Shown piece by piece: positions 21,906-32,352 of a stretch of DNA of 64,000 nt. Where the stretch lies: NCBI GenBank assembly GCA_963737065.1, contig CAVTRC010000001.1:2176001-2240000 (forward strand), written 5' to 3'. The stretch's first letter is position 1. The number at the start of each line of letters is the position of its first letter. The notes below the pieces were generated by a model. That model was not told the DNA's origin, searched no databases, and saw only the letters and a program-made list of their open reading frames with translations. Position numbers and translations under genes: made by a program. The stretch is from Candidatus Eremiobacteria bacterium (GTDB lineage Bacteria; Vulcanimicrobiota; Vulcanimicrobiia; Vulcanimicrobiales; Vulcanimicrobiaceae).

Positions 21906-23771
21906 GTGATGCTACAGGATGTAGAACGCGCTGCGTTAAGCGCCGCAATGGATGCCCTTTTCCACCGTATGCCGCTCGTCTGGAACACCTTTCCGGGCGG
22001 CAAAAACGCTCCGCAATGGCATGGGCCCTTAGGATCATCCGCGCACCGCGTGCCGGCCGTCGCCGTTCGCAATGCGAAGGGCGACGCATCCCTACTTCGC
22101 GATCGAGCGATTCACGCTGGACTGGCTCGCCAACGATTGGGCCGCCGTCGAGTTTCATTCATGGACGCCGACGCCTGAAGATCCGCTCAAGCTTCGCTTC
22201 GCGCGCATCCTTCTCGAAGCCGGCCCAGGTGAACTCCGCCCGGATGCGATGCGACAATCCGTGCTCATCATGCGAGAATTTCTCGCGACGCTGCGTCTGT
22301 GCGCGATTCCCGTCCTCGACGGCGTCGGTGGGGTCGCACTCTTTGTGCCGTTCGACGACGCGCCCGAGTACGCACCCGTTCGCACGTGGCTGCACGCGCT
22401 CGCAAACGACGCGGCTGCGAAGTATCCGCAATACTTTACGACCGAGCCGAACAGCGCAGGCGGAGCGCGCGTGCACGTGCACGTTAAGTCAAATGCACCG
22501 GGCTTGTTCAGCGCGTTGCCGTACAGCTTGCGTGGTCCGATCGCCGCTACGCCGTCGCTGCGGTCACATGGGATGAACTCGCGTCATTGCAGCCCGGCGA
22601 ATTATGCATCGAGGCCGATCGTGTGCAAGAACGGCTGCAAACGATCGGCGACGTTTTCCAATCGCAACTCGACGTGATTGGCTCTCAATGTTTTGCAACG
22701 GTCGCTTTCAAGCAGCCGCCGGTGCTCGTTCCCGCGACGCAGCCGAGAGGCCATGTCATCCGCGCGGCAATGAAGATCTTGAGCGACGGACACTCGCGCG
22801 ACGCGCAAGCGATTCTCGATGCTGCGCTCGCCCGCGGACTGCTCACAAAGAACACGAGCGAAAAATACGTCTACATCGCATTGACGGAGTTTATTGCACG
22901 GAGTATCGGCCACAACCGCAAGCCGCCGATCGTCCAGAATCCCGATCGCTCGTTCCGGATGAACGAACCGCTCGATGATTGGCCCGACGTCATGCTCCCC
23001 GCGATCCAAGGCGACGATGAGGCCGCGCCCGCATTGATCGCGCGTTTGCGAAACACCGTTAGCGGAGACGATCCTGCCGCGTGGGAAGCGGCCGTTTGCG
23101 ATGCATTCGCACATGTTGGCTTTCGCGCGCAGCACATCGGCGGCCATAAAGCGCCCGACGGGATCATCGATGCGCAACTCGGACCGATTGGTTATCGCGC
23201 AATGGTTGAATGTAAGACGGGCGCCGGCGTTGTGACGCAGCCCGACGCGGTCGAAGCGTCGAAGTGGGCGGGACAATACAACGCGCAATACTGTACGCTG
23301 ATCGGGCCCGGTTTCTCCGAAGAAGTCGAACTCCATGACGAACTGCTTACGCACAAAGTGAGTGCATGGACGATCGACGATCTCGTTACCGTCTTGCAAG
23401 AACGGCTGAACCCGCAGGAGTTGCGTACGTGCTTCGCGCTCGGATTTGCCGAGGACGCCATAACCGACGTGCTGTGGGAACGCCGGCACGGCCGACGCAA
23501 GCGCGTTACCTATGTGGCCAACGTACTGCTACAAGACGGCTGGAATATGCAGGTCGCTGCGGCAACGCAAGCCGACCCCGCAAACGCCGCGCATTTAACG
23601 ATCGATGCGGCGATGATGCTCGTGCAGCAACGGCTCACTGCCGCAAACGCGACGCGCGCGTGCACGCGCGACGAAATCGAAGCGGCAGTCGTGTATCTAT
23701 CGAATGTGCTTACCGCTCGAGCGATGCGCCTCGACGATGGCAGCGTAGTCATCCTAACGCCACCGACCTAA
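21906..23771 (+). pseudogene. Fusion of degenerate LigD-type primase-polymerase domain, HARE-like HTH and Mrr-like PD-(D/E)xK nuclease; two apparent indels
   Basis: Three consecutive frames joined near 22080 and 22538. AVEFHSW, PYSLR and VTWDEL (LigD Pol); AAMKIL...ILDAALARGLL (HTH); WEAAVCDAF..VGF, PDG and VECKTG (Mrr-like). Confidence 0.7.
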
Positions 23772-23855
23772 AACATCACCGCGGACGTCGCCTTCAGGGC
23801 GCACAAAGCCCAGGTTGGCGATCGACGTCACACGAGACGGTTTTACCTAGGAACC

Positions 23856-25226
23856 TTACTTATCTCGAAGCTCAATCAATTCTCCACCATCGCTAGACGC
23901 CGACTCTCGGCAAAACGCAGCATGGTCGCGTTCCACTTGTTCGGCGTAAGTCAGCGTGAACGCGAGAATTGCAAGATCAAATGTTCGCCTCTTGCCCATG
24001 TATCCAGCGATTGCGGCTGCATCGCCTGAGCGAGCGTGACTCGTTGCGAGCGCCCAGCCGCACCAGTGAGCGTATTCCCGAAGCTGATATTGATCAGCCT
24101 CGTCGAGATCCGCTGAGGCCTTCATGTCTTTGAATTGACGGACATAAAAATCGCGGTCACCCGATTTTGCCCAGCCTAAAAACACGTCGCTTGCCGCTTG
24201 CATAAGGCGCTGACCGCGCACGACGCGTTCACCCTGGTTTGCATATTGTTCGCTCGAAAGGTATGGCTCGAGCACCGACTTCCTCGCTTCCTTGACCTGA
24301 AGGATGAGCATGTCGTCCTCGGCCGCCGCGAAAAGACCGACGCCGCAGCGCGTGCCTACGCTTCCCACTCCGACGACCTTAATTGCGTGATCGACGAGAT
24401 GATACCGGTTGAACAGCGCCCGAACGTCCGGCGCTAGCGTTGCGGCGTAGTCTGAAAAAATTTCCGGTAGGTCGAAACCTGTACGATCGGTCGCCGTCGA
24501 GTGAAACAGAACGGGGGCTCTTCCTTAAAACGGCGTTCACCGTTTGCAATTTCCGTGAATCGGTCAACGGCAGCACGGATCGAGTCCGTCGCTGCCTCGT
24601 CCGCTATACGGTTGCGACGAGCCCGCACCGCGGCGTCGCGTGCTTCGTTTAGGATGCCTCTCGCGTCCAGACGCATATAAAAAACTGTCGAGTGCGGGAG
24701 TCGCTGCTAAGTCATTCATTCGCGTCCGGTACGATTCCACGGCAGCAAGCGCCGCAATCGCGTTCGAACGTTCCTTAAAGCCATTCTGACGGCCGGCAAG
24801 GAGAACGCTCGTAACAAGTCGTTTTACATCCCACTCCCACGGCCCGCGAAGCGTCTCATCAAAATCATTCAGATCGAAAATTAGATTGCGTTCAGGGGTT
24901 GCGAATCCGCCAAAATTCAGGCAGTGAGCATCGCCACACGCCTGGACCATCAGACCGGATACGGGGCAGTCTGCAAGGTCGTCAGCCATGATGACCGCAG
25001 AACCTCGAAAAAATGTAAACGGCGTTTCCTGGATTCGGTCGTCTCGGAGTGGTAGCAATTCCTGAAGCCGACCTTCGCTGACGCGTTTGAGCAGGCCGAG
25101 GGGATCGCGAGACGGCGATGGCGACCAATTGCCTTGAGCAGCACGCGGAACGTTGGAGCGGAGCTTTTTGCCGGCGGCTAGCCGCATCATGCGGCTGAAC
25201 TCCGCGGCTTCATTTTCGGGCGACAT
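23856..25226 (-). pseudogene. DUF2252-family protein, frameshifted
   Basis: PFTFFRGSA, CGDAHCLNFG, FDLNDFDE..GPWEWDVKRL, GVGSVGTRC, LQVKEA, FYVRQ; split over several frames. Confidence 0.88.
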
Positions 25227-25371
25227 CGGACGCTCCCCGGTGAGTTAGGCAATCTCTCACTCGTTTACCCGGATTGCGGCGCTTTGCATGATTGTGCGAT
25301 GTTGGCGACACGTCATTTCCGGCCACCCGCCCAAGGACAGCTCCGCGCGCTATCGTAGTGAGGCAAGCTCC

Positions 25372-25635
25372 ATGCTCGATGCCCATCCAAGCGCAGGGAG
25401 CTTCTCCGACTTTCTCGCAGCCGCTCCGGATTGCATTAAGATCCTCGACCTCGAAGGTCGCCTGAAGGCAGTGAGTGCGAACGGAAGGCGCCTACTTGGA
25501 ATCGATGACTTTGCCCCCTTCGCTAATGCAGATTGGCTTGGGTTCTGGCAAGCTCGAGATCGTACTGCCGCTGCTCAGGCGATGCAAGAGGCACGTTCCG
25601 GGCGAGAAGGACGATTTATTGACTTTTTCCGCACC
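25372..25635 (+). pseudogene. PAS-domain fragment
   Basis: APDCIKILDLEGRL...NG..LLGIDDF...WLGFW...GRF, then truncated. Confidence 0.7.
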
Positions 25636-26056
25636 CTGCGTCGAATTGCCAGCGTGGGAATCGCAACGCGAGACCGTCAGGAACAGCGAGTAGTTGTCCC
25701 TGCCTCACCATCTGATTGACTACGGGCCGCGATCGCCGAACGAACGTTCCCGCTTCGTCAGAACTGAGCGCATCTGCAAATGTTAGAGCGCTAAGCGTGT
25801 CGACACGATCTTGATTGCGTGCTCGCAGCGCAGCGGCGTCATCCTTTGTTGAAAATATGTAGCTTCTTACTGTTTCGAGTACTGTGCGAAGTCGCCGTTC
25901 ATCGACGTCAGTGAGAAGGCTCTGGTAAATGGAAAACGACGCGTCATGACCTGACGCTCCAAGGGCCACCGTCCTCTTAGCACGGCGCGATACGAAAGTG
26001 GCAGTTTTCCTTCTCTGCGTAGCGGTTCTTTTGACAGTAGAAGATTTCCGAGGCAT
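25616..26056 (-). pseudogene. HTH_17/excisionase-like DNA-binding protein (antitoxin-like), 3'-truncated
   Basis: LSSDEAG.FV.RSRPVVNQMVRQGQLLAV......FPRWQFD, ending at the junction with the PAS fragment. Confidence 0.6.
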
Positions 26057-26077
26057 CGCTAGGGTAATACCAAGCCT

Positions 26078-26113
26078 CGTAAAGTTCGTAAAGCTTGTAA
26101 AGCCCGTAAAATG
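26078..26113. repeat. Four 9-bp direct repeats upstream of the HTH gene
   Basis: CGTAAAGTT CGTAAAGCT TGTAAAGCC CGTAAAATG. Confidence 0.7.
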
Positions 26114-26361
26114 GTCCCTGCCTTGGTGACGACCGGCGGTCCCGGCGTTTCCTGTCGGACGTCGTTGCCGCAACGCCAGCCGATCGCGCAAACGCCGCGC
26201 ATGTAACGCTCGAGCGATTCGGCTCGACGACCGCAGCTTAGTCATGCTGTCGCCATTGCAAAGAAGCAATGCCCCCGGTAGTTGGATGGCACAAGCGATC
26301 CGAAAGGTCCGGTCTAACCTAATATCTCGACACCTACGATGCGGGCGTCTCACGCCGACCA

Positions 26362-27033
26362 CTAAAGCCTATAGGTTCTCACCTCTCGGTACTCATCGAT
26401 CGCCGCGCCATCCCAAAAAAGTTCAATCTCCCGAACGGTGTCGGCAACGTCTTTGACTGCCAGTGGCTTAAATGTCGCATAGCAGGTTCCACCGGGTGAT
26501 CGAACGCTGTCGTACCACACGCCTTGGTGGCCATTGGCGCGCAGCCGCGCTCCCGCCGCCTGCGCTGACGCATAAGCGTCAGGGTCGTAGATCGCGGGCT
26601 CTTTAAGATCATCAGCACCGCCGCGCCGGATGTCCAAATGAGCCGACTCATCCAACGAGAGTTCAAGTCCGTATCTAGGCACGAGTGTCGGCTCGGTCAT
26701 GTACGTCGCTCTAAGCTTTTTGGCGGCATGGTAACTAGACTCTCGGACCGCAACGAGAAATGCGTCCGCAGTGTAAAGCACGCCGTACGTTCCTGGAGAG
26801 AAGCGGCTTCCGCCGATCGTAAGAAATGGACCCATAACGATCGAAGCCTGAGGGCCAACGTAGCGGTCTTCAGGCGCCACAAGCGAGATGTTTAGCAATG
26901 CATCCGCGGCCATTGGATCCGTTAGCGCGCGTAGCGCTAGCAGCTCTTCTAAGTCCTCTGGCCGCTCAACGAGATCTACTAGAGCCGCTAGCGGGTGCCG
27001 CGGGTCCGGGACAACTCGATGGACCCCTACCAC
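26362..27033 (-). CDS. RES-domain toxin
   Basis: GSRFSPGTYGVLY, AVRESSYH and WYDSVR motifs. Confidence 0.88.
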   Translation of the reverse strand: MVGVHRVVPDPRHPLAALVDLVERPEDLEELLALRALTDPMAADALLNISLVAPEDRYVGPQASIVMGPFLTIGGSRFSPGTYGVLYTADAFLVAVRESSYHAAKKLRATYMTEPTLVPRYGLELSLDESAHLDIRRGGADDLKEPAIYDPDAYASAQAAGARLRANGHQGVWYDSVRSPGGTCYATFKPLAVKDVADTVREIELFWDGAAIDEYREVRTYRL

Positions 27034-27401
27034 CCTTGGCGGGCGCGATCCAGATAATTTCGGACGAAAACGAGATCCTGGACGTTGCCGTGCAGCATTC
27101 GTTGCAGGGGCGGTTGGTCGCCGAAGTCAGCGTTCTGACGCTTCACCCAAGTCCGCGCCAGCTCACCACGGCCAAAGAACGCCGCGAGATCCTCCCAAAT
27201 CGTTATCAAATGCGAAATGCGCTCGAGCGTGTCGCGACGTACGTGATCGCGCCCACCTTCGCTGAACCAACGGTAAACTGTCCGTCGGCTGACTCCGAGC
27301 AAAGCAGCGCTCTGCTCTTGGTCCAATCCCCAAGCTTCGGCTATTCGCTCGTACGCGTTGAGCGCCACCCTGGCGGAGGGCGCCGCAAGTAGCATTGTCA
27401 T
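27027..27401 (-). CDS. Xre/MbcA/ParS antitoxin
   Basis: IAEAWGL...AALLGVSRRTVYRW, LERISHL, W...N..FGDQPPL...VRNYLD. Confidence 0.9.
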   Translation of the reverse strand: MTMLLAAPSARVALNAYERIAEAWGLDQEQSAALLGVSRRTVYRWFSEGGRDHVRRDTLERISHLITIWEDLAAFFGRGELARTWVKRQNADFGDQPPLQRMLHGNVQDLVFVRNYLDRARQGW

Positions 27402-27408
27402 CTGTCTA

Positions 27409-27437
27409 AATATAGCCTAAATCGCGACATGTGGCAA
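27409..27437 (-). promoter_or_regulatory. sigma70 promoter of Xre-RES operon 2 (probably leaderless)
   Basis: TTGCCA-N17-TATATT, with ATG 7 nt downstream. Confidence 0.6.
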
Positions 27438-27487
27438 CGCGCTTGAAATCGTCGACGGACGACGGATCGAAGCGCTCCTTTATCACC

Positions 27488-28279
27488 TCAACGATCATTT
27501 CGTTTAGCATTGGCCAGCTCGATCCACGTGGGTGCATGATCGCTGGTTTTTTCTCTCGCGCGAACGTCGCGGTCAACGCCGGCTGCCGTCAGTCGTTTTG
27601 CAACCGAAGGACTCAAGAGGAGGTGGTCGATACGCAGACCCGCGTCACGGCGAAACGCATTGCGGAAGTAATCCCAAAACGTGTAGATGCGCTCGTTCGG
27701 ATGAAGCGTCCGCAGTGCATCCGTCCAGCCCTGCGACGTAAGCCGGTGAAATGCCGCGCGAACTTCCGGGCGAAAGAGCGCGTCATCGTGCCAACGATCC
27801 GGATTATAGACGTCCAGATCCGTCGGCATGACGTTAAAATCGCCGGCGAGAATCACGGGCACGTTTCGCGCTAAAAGTTCGGCGGCGTAGTTTGTGAGCG
27901 CATCGAACCAGGCGAGTTTGTAATCGAACTTCACGCCGGGAGCGGGGTTGCCGTTCGGCAAGTAAAGGCAACCGATCAATATGCCGTCGATCGACGCCTC
28001 GATGTAGCGCGACTGCGCCGCGTCGGGTTCGCCGGGCAAGCCGCGCCGTGTCGCGCGCGGCGTTTCACCGCGCGCCAGAATCGCGACCCCATTCCAACTT
28101 TTCTGTCCCAGCCAGATTGCCCCGTAGCCGGCCTCGCGCAGAGCGCCCTCGGGGAATTTTTCGTGCGGTGCCTTCAATTCCTGAAGGCACACAACGTCCG
28201 GTTTCGCGTCAGCGAGCCAGTCGAGCAGTATCGGCGATCGCCCATTCACGCCATTCACGTTGTATGTAGCGATCTTCAT
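27488..28279 (-). CDS. xth: Exodeoxyribonuclease III
   Basis: MKIATYNVNG, CLQELK, YLPNGNP, GDFN, GLRIDH, SDHAP. Confidence 0.95.
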   Translation of the reverse strand: MKIATYNVNGVNGRSPILLDWLADAKPDVVCLQELKAPHEKFPEGALREAGYGAIWLGQKSWNGVAILARGETPRATRRGLPGEPDAAQSRYIEASIDGILIGCLYLPNGNPAPGVKFDYKLAWFDALTNYAAELLARNVPVILAGDFNVMPTDLDVYNPDRWHDDALFRPEVRAAFHRLTSQGWTDALRTLHPNERIYTFWDYFRNAFRRDAGLRIDHLLLSPSVAKRLTAAGVDRDVRAREKTSDHAPTWIELANAKRNDR

Positions 28280-28354
28280 GCACCTCGTATATCCGTACAC
28301 GAAGGAGTCGTAACCGCGCCATGCGTCGCGACGACCCGGGCCGCAAGGCGTTAG

Positions 28355-28945
28355 CTACCGTATCTCTGCCGTTTCGATCACGGTAGATCCGTCGCGAAGC
28401 TCGATGCGATCCAAACGCGGCATCCGTCTGACAAAGAGTTCGCTTGTCCCGGTACGCGGAGCCAGAGCACCGAGCGGAATCCTCGCGCCCGCACCGACGC
28501 CCTCGACATCGTAGGTGTGCGAGCCTTCGACGACGACGTAGTACCACGAGCGATCGCGCGCGTAGATCACTTTCGCGAGCGGTCCATGTCCCACGAACTG
28601 CGCATGATTGAAGTGGCTGTGCAGCATCGCAACTTGCGCTACATCGTATGGCGGTGCGCGATGCGGAAGAAAATACCCGATGACGAGTGCCGCGGCCGCT
28701 CCCACGACGCCCATCCACCATCCGGACAGCCGCCACGTTCGGAACTGCGGCGCGCGCGTGCCGGCCGCGACCGGTGCGGCTTGCGTTTCACGTTCCAGTC
28801 CGAGCACCGTTTCTTCGGCCTGCCCTAAGCGGCGCAAACAGTCGGCACAATTGGCGACGTGCGCGTCGACACGCTGCCGCTCCAACTCGTCCAGCGAGCC
28901 GATCGCATAGAGCTCCGCGTTTTCGCCGATGTGCGCATCATTCAT
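28355..28945 (-). CDS. Zinc-binding anti-sigma factor (ZAS) with a TM helix
   Basis: HVANCADC; overlaps the sigma stop (ATGA). Confidence 0.85.
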   Translation of the reverse strand: MNDAHIGENAELYAIGSLDELERQRVDAHVANCADCLRRLGQAEETVLGLERETQAAPVAAGTRAPQFRTWRLSGWWMGVVGAAAALVIGYFLPHRAPPYDVAQVAMLHSHFNHAQFVGHGPLAKVIYARDRSWYYVVVEGSHTYDVEGVGAGARIPLGALAPRTGTSELFVRRMPRLDRIELRDGSTVIETAEIR

Positions 28946-29469
28946 CGCAGAGACTCCTTTCCCAGCGCTTCCCTCAGCGTTCGCAGCGCGTTCGAGATGC
29001 GGCTCTTGATCGTGCCAACCGGTTCATCGAGTTTTGCCGCGATCTCGGTATGCGTCATTCCACGATAGTACGCAAGCTCAATCGTTTGCATTTGCGCTTC
29101 GCTCAATGTTGAGAGTGCCGCTTTCACGTGCGCGTGCTCGAACGGATCTGCATCGAGTGTACTTATCGCCGGCTGCGGTTGCTCTGCGAGCAGCGCGCGC
29201 CGGCGCGCATCGTCACGAACGCGCGCGAGCGCTGCATTGCGCACGCATACAACGAGAAACGCTTCGAGGCTGCCGCGTGCGGGCGAGTACGACGTCCCTT
29301 TCTTCCAGAGGCGCAGAAGCACGTCGTGCACGCATTCGTGCGCAAGTTCTTTATCGTGTAGAACCCGAAGCGCGCTCGTATACATGCGCGCACTGTATTG
29401 GCCGTACGCGCGCTCGTATGCCGCAGCTTCACGCCGTGCAAAGGCTGCTTCCAACGTCTCGTCCCGCAC
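28942..29469 (-). CDS. ECF sigma-70 factor (SigK-like)
   Basis: IELAYYRGMTHTEIA..L..PVGTIKSRI. Confidence 0.9.
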   Translation of the reverse strand: MRDETLEAAFARREAAAYERAYGQYSARMYTSALRVLHDKELAHECVHDVLLRLWKKGTSYSPARGSLEAFLVVCVRNAALARVRDDARRRALLAEQPQPAISTLDADPFEHAHVKAALSTLSEAQMQTIELAYYRGMTHTEIAAKLDEPVGTIKSRISNALRTLREALGKESLR

Positions 29470-29479
29470 CCCAAGATCC

Positions 29480-30364
29480 TTAGGCGAGTGGACGATCCTC
29501 GATACGTGCGTCGCCGCCATGGAGTTCTACCGTCCGATAGCCGATCGCGTGCAGCAGGTCGTCGTGCGCAAGTGTCACGGGACCAGGCTTCGGCGCCGTT
29601 CCCGGTTTTGGCTGCGGATACGCCGTTGCTGCGGCGCTCGCGAAACGGATGTTCCCTTCGCTGTGCGTGACGATTTGATGGATGTGCCCGTTGAGAACGG
29701 TGACATTGTCGAATTTCTGCAACAGGGCGAGCGCCTTCGTGCCGTCCTCCGTCGTCCAGCCCCACGGCTCGAAGAGCGCGTAGAGCGGCACATGCGTGAA
29801 CACGACGACCGGTGTCGTCTGCTTGACGCCCTTCACGTCCTTCGCAAGCCACGCGAGCTGGTCGGTCCCGAGCAATCCCATCTTCTCGAAATTGAACACG
29901 TTGAGCAAAACGAGGTAATGAACGCCGTCGCGATCCCACGACGCCCATCCGCCTGCCGTCGACTGCGGAATTTTGAAGTTTGTGAGGTACGTCTTGAAGT
30001 CGTTGCCGACGACGTCGTGCTCGCCGGGCAGCGCGATCAACGGTGCCTTCAATTGCGAGAGAATCGCTTTCGCGTCTGCGAACTGCTGCGCGCTGGAAAG
30101 GTGCGTGATGTCGCCGGTATGCACGACGAACGCCGGCTGCACCGGCATCGCGTTGATTTTCTCAACGACCGACGCGAGCGTTCCGGCAACATCGGGATTG
30201 GCCGCTTGATGGAAGCCGATGTGACTGTCGCTGATTTGCACGAAGTCAACGGTATCGTTCGCCTGCGCCACGGCGCGTCCCACGAAGAGACCTCCCGCGC
30301 TTAACGTGTAGGCGATACCGGCGCCGGTCCAGCCGACATGTTCCAAGAACGACGAGCGTTTCAT
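29480..30364 (-). CDS. Calcineurin-like metallophosphoesterase with a Tat-like leader
   Basis: QISDSH, TGD, GEHD, FTH, GHIH. Confidence 0.9.
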   Translation of the reverse strand: MKRSSFLEHVGWTGAGIAYTLSAGGLFVGRAVAQANDTVDFVQISDSHIGFHQAANPDVAGTLASVVEKINAMPVQPAFVVHTGDITHLSSAQQFADAKAILSQLKAPLIALPGEHDVVGNDFKTYLTNFKIPQSTAGGWASWDRDGVHYLVLLNVFNFEKMGLLGTDQLAWLAKDVKGVKQTTPVVVFTHVPLYALFEPWGWTTEDGTKALALLQKFDNVTVLNGHIHQIVTHSEGNIRFASAAATAYPQPKPGTAPKPGPVTLAHDDLLHAIGYRTVELHGGDARIEDRPLA

Positions 30365-30681
30365 GGTGTCACCGCTTTCACGACGATGGTGCCCTTCATG
30401 AAGGGATGAAGTTCACAAAAGTACGCGTACGTGCCGGGCTTGGTAAACGTGTGCCGCCAAACGCCGTTGCTGTCCAGCCCTTTGGAATCGAACGCACCGT
30501 CAGTTGCCGTAACGGTGTGCGCGTCGTCGTCTTGATTCACGAACGTCACCGTTTGACCGGCGGAAATCGTAAGCCGCGTCGGTGCGAACGCATCATCCTT
30601 CAAGACGACCGTCGGCGTCGAGGCGGGCGCCGCCGTCGCGCCCATCAGCGCGACGAGCAAAAGAAGCATCAACTGTCTCAT
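30361..30681 (-). CDS. Cupredoxin (amicyanin/plastocyanin-like)
   Basis: Signal peptide; HTV and YFCELHPFMKG copper ligands. Confidence 0.92.
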   Translation of the reverse strand: MRQLMLLLLVALMGATAAPASTPTVVLKDDAFAPTRLTISAGQTVTFVNQDDDAHTVTATDGAFDSKGLDSNGVWRHTFTKPGTYAYFCELHPFMKGTIVVKAVTP

Positions 30682-30726
30682 GCAGCTCATATGCGTGGGC
30701 TCAGCAAACGGTTCGTCTCGCGTCGT

Positions 30727-30750
30727 GTCATACTGAGCCTGTCGAAGGAT
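30727..30750 (+). repeat. Single REP-like copy related to the 45087 array
   Basis: GTCATACTGAGCCTGTCGAAGGA versus GTCATCCTGAGCTTGTCGAAGGA. Confidence 0.7.
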
Positions 30751-30776
30751 CGTCGTCTCAGGCCAATCGCAAGGCT

Positions 30777-30793
30777 ACTTGTAAAAAACAAGT
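30777..30793. promoter_or_regulatory. Putative HxlR-type operator
   Basis: ACTTGT-N5-ACAAGT palindrome just upstream of the HxlR gene. Confidence 0.6.
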
Positions 30794-30813
30794 AAACATG
30801 CTACGCTCGAGTC

Positions 30814-31461
30814 GTGGCGACAAAACGCGGCGGTTACGGTCAGTACTGCGGTTTCTCCCGCGCGCTCGAACTGATCGGCGAGCGCTGGGCCATGCTCGTT
30901 ATTCGCGATTTGCTGGTTGGCCCAAAGCGGTTCAGCGATCTGCATCGGGGTCTGTCGAAAATTCCGACTAACATTCTTACGGTTCGCTTGAAAGAACTCG
31001 AAGAAAACGGCATCGTCCAGCGCCGCGCCGCACCGCGCCCCGGAAGCGGCGTTGTCTACGAACTTACCGATGCGGGACGCGAGTTGGAAGAGGCGGTTGT
31101 CACACTCGGGAAATGGGGCGCAAAACGTCTCGGCGACCCGCGTGAAGGCGAAATCGTTACGGAAGATTCGCTTGCGATGGCGATGCGCACGACATTCCGT
31201 CCGGACGCAGCCAAGGACGATACGATCGCGTACGAGTTTCACGTGGGCGATATTGTATTTCACGCAAACGTCGATCGCGGTGCGCTCGACGTCGGGCGCG
31301 GTGCGCTCAAGGATCCCGATATCGTGATCGAAGCCGGCCCCGCGCTACGGCTGCTCATGGCGCGCGAGGTCACGCCACACGAAGCGCTCAAACGCGGTAT
31401 CGTCTCGATCAAAGGGCCACGAAAGCTCCTCGACCGGTTCGCCGCAACATTTCAAATCTAG
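30814..31461 (+). CDS. HxlR-family regulator with a C-terminal SCP2-like domain
   Basis: YGQYC...RALELIGERW..LVIRDLL.GPKRF. Confidence 0.9.
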   Translation: MATKRGGYGQYCGFSRALELIGERWAMLVIRDLLVGPKRFSDLHRGLSKIPTNILTVRLKELEENGIVQRRAAPRPGSGVVYELTDAGRELEEAVVTLGKWGAKRLGDPREGEIVTEDSLAMAMRTTFRPDAAKDDTIAYEFHVGDIVFHANVDRGALDVGRGALKDPDIVIEAGPALRLLMAREVTPHEALKRGIVSIKGPRKLLDRFAATFQI

Positions 31462-31472
31462 GAGGACCGACA

Positions 31473-31838
31473 GTGGGAAATCCAGTCGTTCATTTCGAGG
31501 TCATGGGAAAAAGTACGAAGATGCTAGCGTCGTTCTATCGCGACGCGTTCGGTTGGGATATTGGCGAACCGATGGGTCCTCAATCGTACTCGCTGATCAA
31601 CGCGGATCCGGAACGCGAACGCGGAATTCGCGGCGGCATCGGCACGAGCCCCGGCGGATACGAAGGCGGCGCAACCTTCTACATCGGCGTGCCGGATCTC
31701 ACCGAAGCGCTGCGAACCGTTGAAAAGCTTGGCGGCAACACGATGATGGAACCGCGCGAAGCTCCGGGCGGAATTCTTATTAGTTACTTCCGCGATCCCG
31801 AAGGTCATCCGATCGGGCTCGTGCAGATCCCTGAGTAA
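31473..31838 (+). CDS. VOC family protein
   Basis: NPVVHFEV, FY...FGW, FRDPEGH.IGL. Confidence 0.9.
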   Translation: MGNPVVHFEVMGKSTKMLASFYRDAFGWDIGEPMGPQSYSLINADPERERGIRGGIGTSPGGYEGGATFYIGVPDLTEALRTVEKLGGNTMMEPREAPGGILISYFRDPEGHPIGLVQIPE

Positions 31839-31850
31839 AGGAGACGCATC

Positions 31851-32336
31851 ATGACTGCGACAGTCACGCAGAAGATCACCCCGTTTCTTTGGTTCAATGA
31901 CAATGCAGAAGAAGCCGTAAATTTCTACGTTTCCATCTTCCCCGGTGCGAATATCACCGAGATCAGCCGCTATGACGAAGCGGGGCCCCGCGAAACGGGC
32001 AAAGTTATGACGATCGCTTTTACGATGCTCGGTACCGACTTTCTCGCGCTTAACGGCGGTGAATGGGAACTCGCGCCGCATCCCGCGTTCATGGTTCACT
32101 GCGAGACGCAAGAGGAAGTCGATCGCTATTGGGATCGCCTGTCCGAAGGCGGCGAAACGCAGCCGTGCGGATGGCTTCGCGATAAATACGGGATCGAATG
32201 GAACATCGTACCGACCGTTTTGCTCGATCTCCTTCGCGATCCCGACCGCCAAAAATCGAATCGCGTCATGAAGGCGATGATGGAAATGGGCAAACTCGAC
32301 ATCGCGGCATTACGCGCGGCGGCCGAATCATCATAA
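31851..32336 (+). CDS. PhnB/YjdN-like VOC protein
   Basis: QKITPFLWF...AEEAVNFY, ALNGG, CGWLRDKYG. Confidence 0.92.
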   Translation: MTATVTQKITPFLWFNDNAEEAVNFYVSIFPGANITEISRYDEAGPRETGKVMTIAFTMLGTDFLALNGGEWELAPHPAFMVHCETQEEVDRYWDRLSEGGETQPCGWLRDKYGIEWNIVPTVLLDLLRDPDRQKSNRVMKAMMEMGKLDIAALRAAAESS

Positions 32337-32352
32337 CGCGCTAATCGAAACG

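Noticed and set aside
25616..26362. 248-aa ORF as one protein coupled to the RES toxin
   Set aside because: The first ~100 codons look non-coding and span the direct repeats; only the part from 26056 resembles a protein family.
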